From Dimorphilus gyrociliatus (lineage: Eukaryota; Animalia; Annelida), in NCBI GenBank assembly GCA_904063045.1, contig CAJFCJ010000004.1, forward strand, positions 308,195 through 372,194: a DNA stretch of 64,000 nt. Reading direction: 5' to 3'. Of this stretch, positions 59,270 through 64,000 are shown piece by piece. The notes under the pieces were generated by a model. The model had not been told where the DNA came from. It made no database searches and saw only the letters and a program-made list of their open reading frames with translations. The position numbers were made by a program, and so were the translations under genes. Positions within the stretch are counted from its first letter, which is position 1. Each line of letters starts with the position of its first letter.

Positions 59270-60442
59270 TTAACACATTTCAACGCAAAGTGCTATTCCC
59301 ATTCCACCACCTATGCATAATGCACAGACACCTTTACGGAGGCCCCTAGATTTAAGAGCGTATAATAAAGTTACCAAAACTCTAGATCCAGATGCTCCAA
59401 TAGGATGTCCAAGAGCAATAGCACCCCCATTAACATTAACTTTGTTGATATCAATACCTAATTCACGAATAACACAAATTGATTGGGCAGCGAAAGCTTC
59501 GTTTAGTTCGTATAAGTCAACTTCATCTTTCGTCCAATTTGCTTTTGCTAGAGCTTGGGTTACAGCTGAGATAGGTCCAATACCCATTATGGCAGGATCA
59601 ACACCAGTCTGACCCCAAGAAACAATTTTTGCTAAACCCTTGATATTCCTCTTTCCTGCCTCTTCAGCGTTCATTAGAAGAACAGCGGCTGAACCATCAT
59701 TTATTCCAGAAGAATTTCCAGCAGTTACAGTTCCAGTTGGTTTAAAAGCTGGGCGTAGTTTTTCGAATCCTTCTATCGTGCAACCGGATCTTGGGAATTC
59801 ATCTTTGTCAACAACGATTGTTTCTTTACGAGTTTTAATATGCACGGGAACTATCTCTGCGTCAAATGCTCCAGATTTTTGAGCTGTTTCGCACTTTAAT
59901 TGAGATTGAAGAGCAAATTCGTCTTGTTCTTTTCTAGAGATGGACCACCTTTCCGCGATATTTTCTGCTGTTATGCCCATAGGCATTTTGCCGAATGCAT
60001 CAACTAGACCGTCATTTAGAGCAGAGTCCACCATCTTCGTATCTCCCATTTTATGAGGGCTTCTTAAGTGGATAAGGTGAGGTGCTTGGCTCATACTTTC
60101 TTGACCACCTGCTACAACAATTGCAGAATTGCCACACATGATACTTTGAGCACCGAGTGCTACAGCTTTCAATCCTCCACCACAGACCATGTTCACGCTC
60201 CATGCCGGAACAGAGTGTGGTACACCAGCGTTAACAGATGCCTGGCGGGCTGGATTTTGACCTTCACCAGCAGTTAGTACATGAGCCATAATAACTTCAT
60301 GAACATCAGCTGGCACTAATCCGCTCCTTTTAATGCATTCTAGAATTGATATTGTTCCAAGTTGACTGCCAGTAAAGGAACTTAGAGATCCGTTGAACGA
60401 CCCTATAGGTGTCCTTGCAGCAGAAACGATCAGGACAGACAT
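59270..60442 (-). CDS. ACAT2: Cytosolic acetyl-CoA acetyltransferase (biosynthetic thiolase), intronless CDS
   Basis: Single 390-aa ORF with no presequence; NMVCGGGLKAV, NEAF, GHPIGASG and ALCIGGGMG motifs. Confidence 0.9.
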   Translation of the reverse strand: MSVLIVSAARTPIGSFNGSLSSFTGSQLGTISILECIKRSGLVPADVHEVIMAHVLTAGEGQNPARQASVNAGVPHSVPAWSVNMVCGGGLKAVALGAQSIMCGNSAIVVAGGQESMSQAPHLIHLRSPHKMGDTKMVDSALNDGLVDAFGKMPMGITAENIAERWSISRKEQDEFALQSQLKCETAQKSGAFDAEIVPVHIKTRKETIVVDKDEFPRSGCTIEGFEKLRPAFKPTGTVTAGNSSGINDGSAAVLLMNAEEAGKRNIKGLAKIVSWGQTGVDPAIMGIGPISAVTQALAKANWTKDEVDLYELNEAFAAQSICVIRELGIDINKVNVNGGAIALGHPIGASGSRVLVTLLYALKSRGLRKGVCALCIGGGMGIALCVEMC

Positions 60443-60892
60443 AGTGTTCCAGTGAGACTGCGAAAATGTGTTGAAAGTTAATTGATTGATAGACAGATCA
60501 GATTTTATTGGTATTCATATTCAAGGGTTTCTCATATATAAAGTAAGCTTTCACCGGCTTATTGAATTATTAGATAAAGAATTGTCTAGGTAATTTTTTA
60601 TTTTTATATCTAGAGATAAAGTTTGTATTCATCATTTTAATCTAAACCTTATCAGTTCAGAAAAACCCAAGAAGATTCACTCTTGCCGCATATCATCTGG
60701 CGCGATTAGTGGAACAAAGCATTCACCGGCCATGTTCAATAGAAATATTACACAATATTTCCAGTTATTTTGTAACATTTTACTTATTTCAATTCTAAGA
60801 CCAAATAGTAAAGCGTTATTACCTTAATTAAAACTTCTCGGGTATTAAAATTGTCTAATACTTTATTTTCGATTTTGGTTGCCGACTTGAAT

Positions 60893-60918
60893 GCGCATGC
60901 GTACGATCACGCCATCTT
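60893..60918. promoter_or_regulatory. NRF1-like GCGCATGCG plus overlapping YY1/SRE-like element upstream of ACAT2
   Basis: GCGCATGCGT near 60893-60902, then ATCACGCCATCTT at 60906-60918. A plausible 5'UTR intron (about 60460-60822) would put the TSS here. Confidence 0.4.
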
Positions 60919-62032
60919 CCGTTTTAAATAACCTGTTACACATTAGGCCTAACACTCTATTCTATTATAGAAAAAAAGATGGGATAAGAGGAGATATAAA
61001 AAGATGAAATCAAGAGATTCAATAATTTAACAAAAACTGACTTAAATGTTAAAATATTTTTAATTTAAAAAAAAAAAAGAATGACTTTTTTTGACTCATG
61101 TTAAATGTTAGTTAAAAACTTCTATTGAATAATTCAAATTAACCGTCGAATATACTTGAATTGTAGCATTGAAATCAGAAAATGATACTATTTTTTGCAT
61201 TATTTCTTAACAAAATACAAAAGAATAGAATTTTAAAAGTATACTATTCAAGTCGGAATTTATAGGAATAATTTTCTGATTAAAATCACTTTTCTTATGT
61301 ATCTTTAGCCTTATTTAAAAAATTAAAGATTATATTTATTTTTATATTTATAACCTATTTTTAGCCTTTTCTATTCAAGTTTAACATCTGATAAAGAAAT
61401 CAAAAACTAGACTAATATATTAGTTTTTTTATTACGCTTTTTCAAAAGAATAAATCATAAGGAGGGCTATGTAAATGTGACCGAAAAGGACGGTGGTTTT
61501 TTGCTCTTTTCTTCATCTATTCTTTATATATATATATATTAATATATACTGTATATATTTGTTTATTTATTTCTTCTATCTCTCTCTCGCTCTTTCTTTC
61601 TCTATCTTCTGCTCCTCCTCCTCCTCTCTTTTGAATTAAATTCTAGAAATGTCAAAAGACGATGCATTGAAAGTATTAAAATTATTATGAAAAGAGATAA
61701 AATAGCAAGTGTCAAATGGGTATTTGATTCATTTAAATTCACTATTCACATCAAGTCTTGCTCTCCATATTAGTTTTCGAAGAAAACCAACTTGCCTTTT
61801 TTTCGTGTCAATTTAGTTCGTCAAAATTCCCTATATATTCTATTTCAGACCAAATCATTCATAAGTCGTTTGAAAAAGAAAAAAAGAACCTTACATAAAT
61901 ATATTTAGATAGAAAAAAAATACTTAAATACTTTCTAGTTTACTTACATATCTAGTAGGCCTACTGCAATTTTAAAAAGAATGGTTTGTTTTATTAAGAT
62001 AATAATTAGGAGTAATAAATATAATTATGTAA

Positions 62033-62043
62033 ATATATATACA

Positions 62044-62082
<39 letters not shown>
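62033..62082. repeat. (TA)n microsatellite interrupted by CAG
   Basis: Read directly from the sequence. Confidence 0.92.
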
Positions 62083-62085
<3 letters not shown>

Positions 62086-64000
62086 AATATATGTCGTAAA
62101 AAGTGAATGTAGAATATACTGTACGACAAAAAATCTCTTATATAAAGGTGTATTATTGAACACTAAGAAAATCTCATATCCTGTAGTTATGTAAAAAAAA
62201 TATTAACATATTGATTTATTCCTATTTTTTATTTTTTTTAAGTATTTCACAAAATAATAAAACAATTTATTAAATGTAAAAATTGGATAGAAAATATAAA
62301 AGAAGGGCGATGAGTTGACGAATCTTACACATAATTAAAGACCTTCCGCTTTTCAATCCACGTGTATAGCACCAGTTGAAACGTCAAAAAGCTTGTAAAG
62401 TACACGGATTTCCTTAAATACTAGTACAATCGAAATACATAAATAAGCAATTTTTACGTTTGAGTACTCTGACTAGTGATATTTAAGTTTCGGTAGAGAA
62501 CTCTAAGAGGACAGATACGCAAAGACAGTGGATAGGAAAAGAAAGAAAAAGAGACAAAGAGACGGGAGCGACAAAGAAATAGAGTAAAAAAAAAAGAGTA
62601 AAATATAATCGCCGTATCGCAGAATTTTCATTCATTGAAGTAAGGCCTTCAAAAGCATTACTTTGAACAATTCCATTGTGATTAAAAAAGTGCAAAAACT
62701 TTAACGAAACAATGTTTTATTCCTGCTGTTTCTTAATTGGATTATTTTATTTTTCTCAAGTAAGCATATTCTTCTATCTAGTTTTCTTAAACTTGAAGTT
62801 ATTCTATTGTATTATTTATTTAAGTATTATATAATAATTAAGCATTAGAAATTGTTCGAAGCTAGAGAAGTTCAGATTAACACCCTGATCGATTTGACCC
62901 TTTTTCAACTATTGAGCGTTTTGTGTTCAAGAAAATGAATTAAAATGTCTAGACAGTATATAATTTCATATTTTAACAATTAACCTATTATACTATCTTT
63001 ATTTAAGAGAAAAAATTTGTTAACTATACGCTAGAAGATCATTCACAAAAATATGATAGGCCTAAAATTGAGTATTATTTTATCTGTCCTTTCTCTTTCA
63101 AGGATAAATTAAGAATATACATTATATTAATACATATATATTGAATTTAGAGAGAGACAGAGAGAGAATCAATATTCAATAATAAGAAAACAAAGGAAAT
63201 ACAAAAGGATTGATAATAGTTTTCTTTTTTTTTTTCTATCGAAAGATTCGTGATCGACGTTATTAGGCTTATTGAATATTTTTTTTAGCTACCTATTCCC
63301 TTTTTTTGTTTCGTGTATTTAGTGCGTTTAAGTAGGGTTGTTTGAATTAAATCTTCAAGTCAAAAGAATATAAACTGCTTGAGTTTTATTAAAAGAAAAG
63401 AAGACTCTTTTCTTAAAAGTAAAATAACTAGAAAAGACTAAAGTTAAATTGAAAAAGAAAAAAAAAGAAACATTTTTTTTTTATACTTTTGGATATTGCC
63501 TTATGATTTAAAGTATTGTATTTCTTTGACATAAATATGCCTTCTTCCTTCTTTACATAGTGAATTAACAAACATTTTTCTATAAAGGCTTGTTAAAATT
63601 ATTAATATGTGTTACTAAATTAAGAGATCGAATAGATTAACATCTGATATATAATTCCTTTTTATTACGCTATTTACTTATTAGTATATATAGAAATCTA
63701 GTTGTTATATGATAGATATTAGCTGTGTAAATTATAGTAGTAAACCCCCAGGGCATGTACTAGTATACCATTCGACTATTAGTGTCATTCATTCAGTAAA
63801 AATTAACAAAACTATTGCATACAATATCCCACCCCCGCCCTATCCAATACATTTTAACTAAACTTATGAGACATGACGTGAATAATAGCCATGGACTGAA
63901 ATTTTCATAGGTTTCACATCGATAAAAGGCAAATTACGAGATAAAAAACGGTTATGACATAAAATATAAAAGACTTAGGTCTTGTCACGAACAAGTAAAG

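Noticed and set aside
61972-62163. AT-rich ORFs 61972-62163, 8576-8776, 19814-20014, 26329-26532 and 13095-13301
   Set aside because: Low-complexity translations of microsatellite, intron or promoter DNA, dominated by I/Y/F/K.
62483-62695. ORF with LRR-like words (IVQSNAFEGLTSM)
   Set aside because: No LxxLxLxxN periodicity, no usable splice sites or partner exons, and the rest is the reverse of a purine tract.

Overview
AT-rich, very gene-dense eukaryotic genomic DNA from an animal. I find 25 protein-coding genes (one cut by the left edge) plus one probable pseudogene in about 60 kb. Most introns are 53-70 nt GT-AG, and several intergenic gaps are under 300 nt. Gene content (DEG/ENaC, Rh, MET-like RTK, CFAP298) and tiny introns suggest a miniaturised bilaterian, possibly a lophotrochozoan such as a small annelid; this is inference only. 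Order: SREK1(-, truncated), MOB4(+), DDX41(-), KAT14(+), CCDC186(-), divergent SIN3(-), orphan type-I membrane protein(-), FLCN(+), IPO9(-), decayed Cys-loop receptor(-), AMFR(-), NACA(+), SEM1(-), CFAP298(+), WDR38(+), MET-like RTK(-), DEG/ENaC(+), GCDH(-), INO80E(-), membrane-anchored glucosidase-II-beta-like(-), DOMON-cytochrome b561(-), UQCRB(-), AtuA/DUF1446-like(+) with a nested antisense D/D-domain gene, Rh ammonium transporter(+), ACAT2(-), then about 3.5 kb with no recognisable coding sequence. I recognised no rRNA, tRNA, CRISPR array or intact transposon. Best leads: (1) a complete nested, probably ciliary, transcription unit inside a 579-nt intron; (2) FLCN and IPO9 stop codons 18 nt apart; (3) an orphan receptor built from symmetric phase-1 exons; (4) a fast-evolving SIN3; (5) a membrane-anchored MRH protein; (6) a Cys-loop receptor fossil; (7) an enriched non-coding palindrome TAGGCCTA. 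All family calls come from recognising motifs by eye and no searches were run. CDS coordinates span first to last codon including introns, and exon boundaries were placed by hand.
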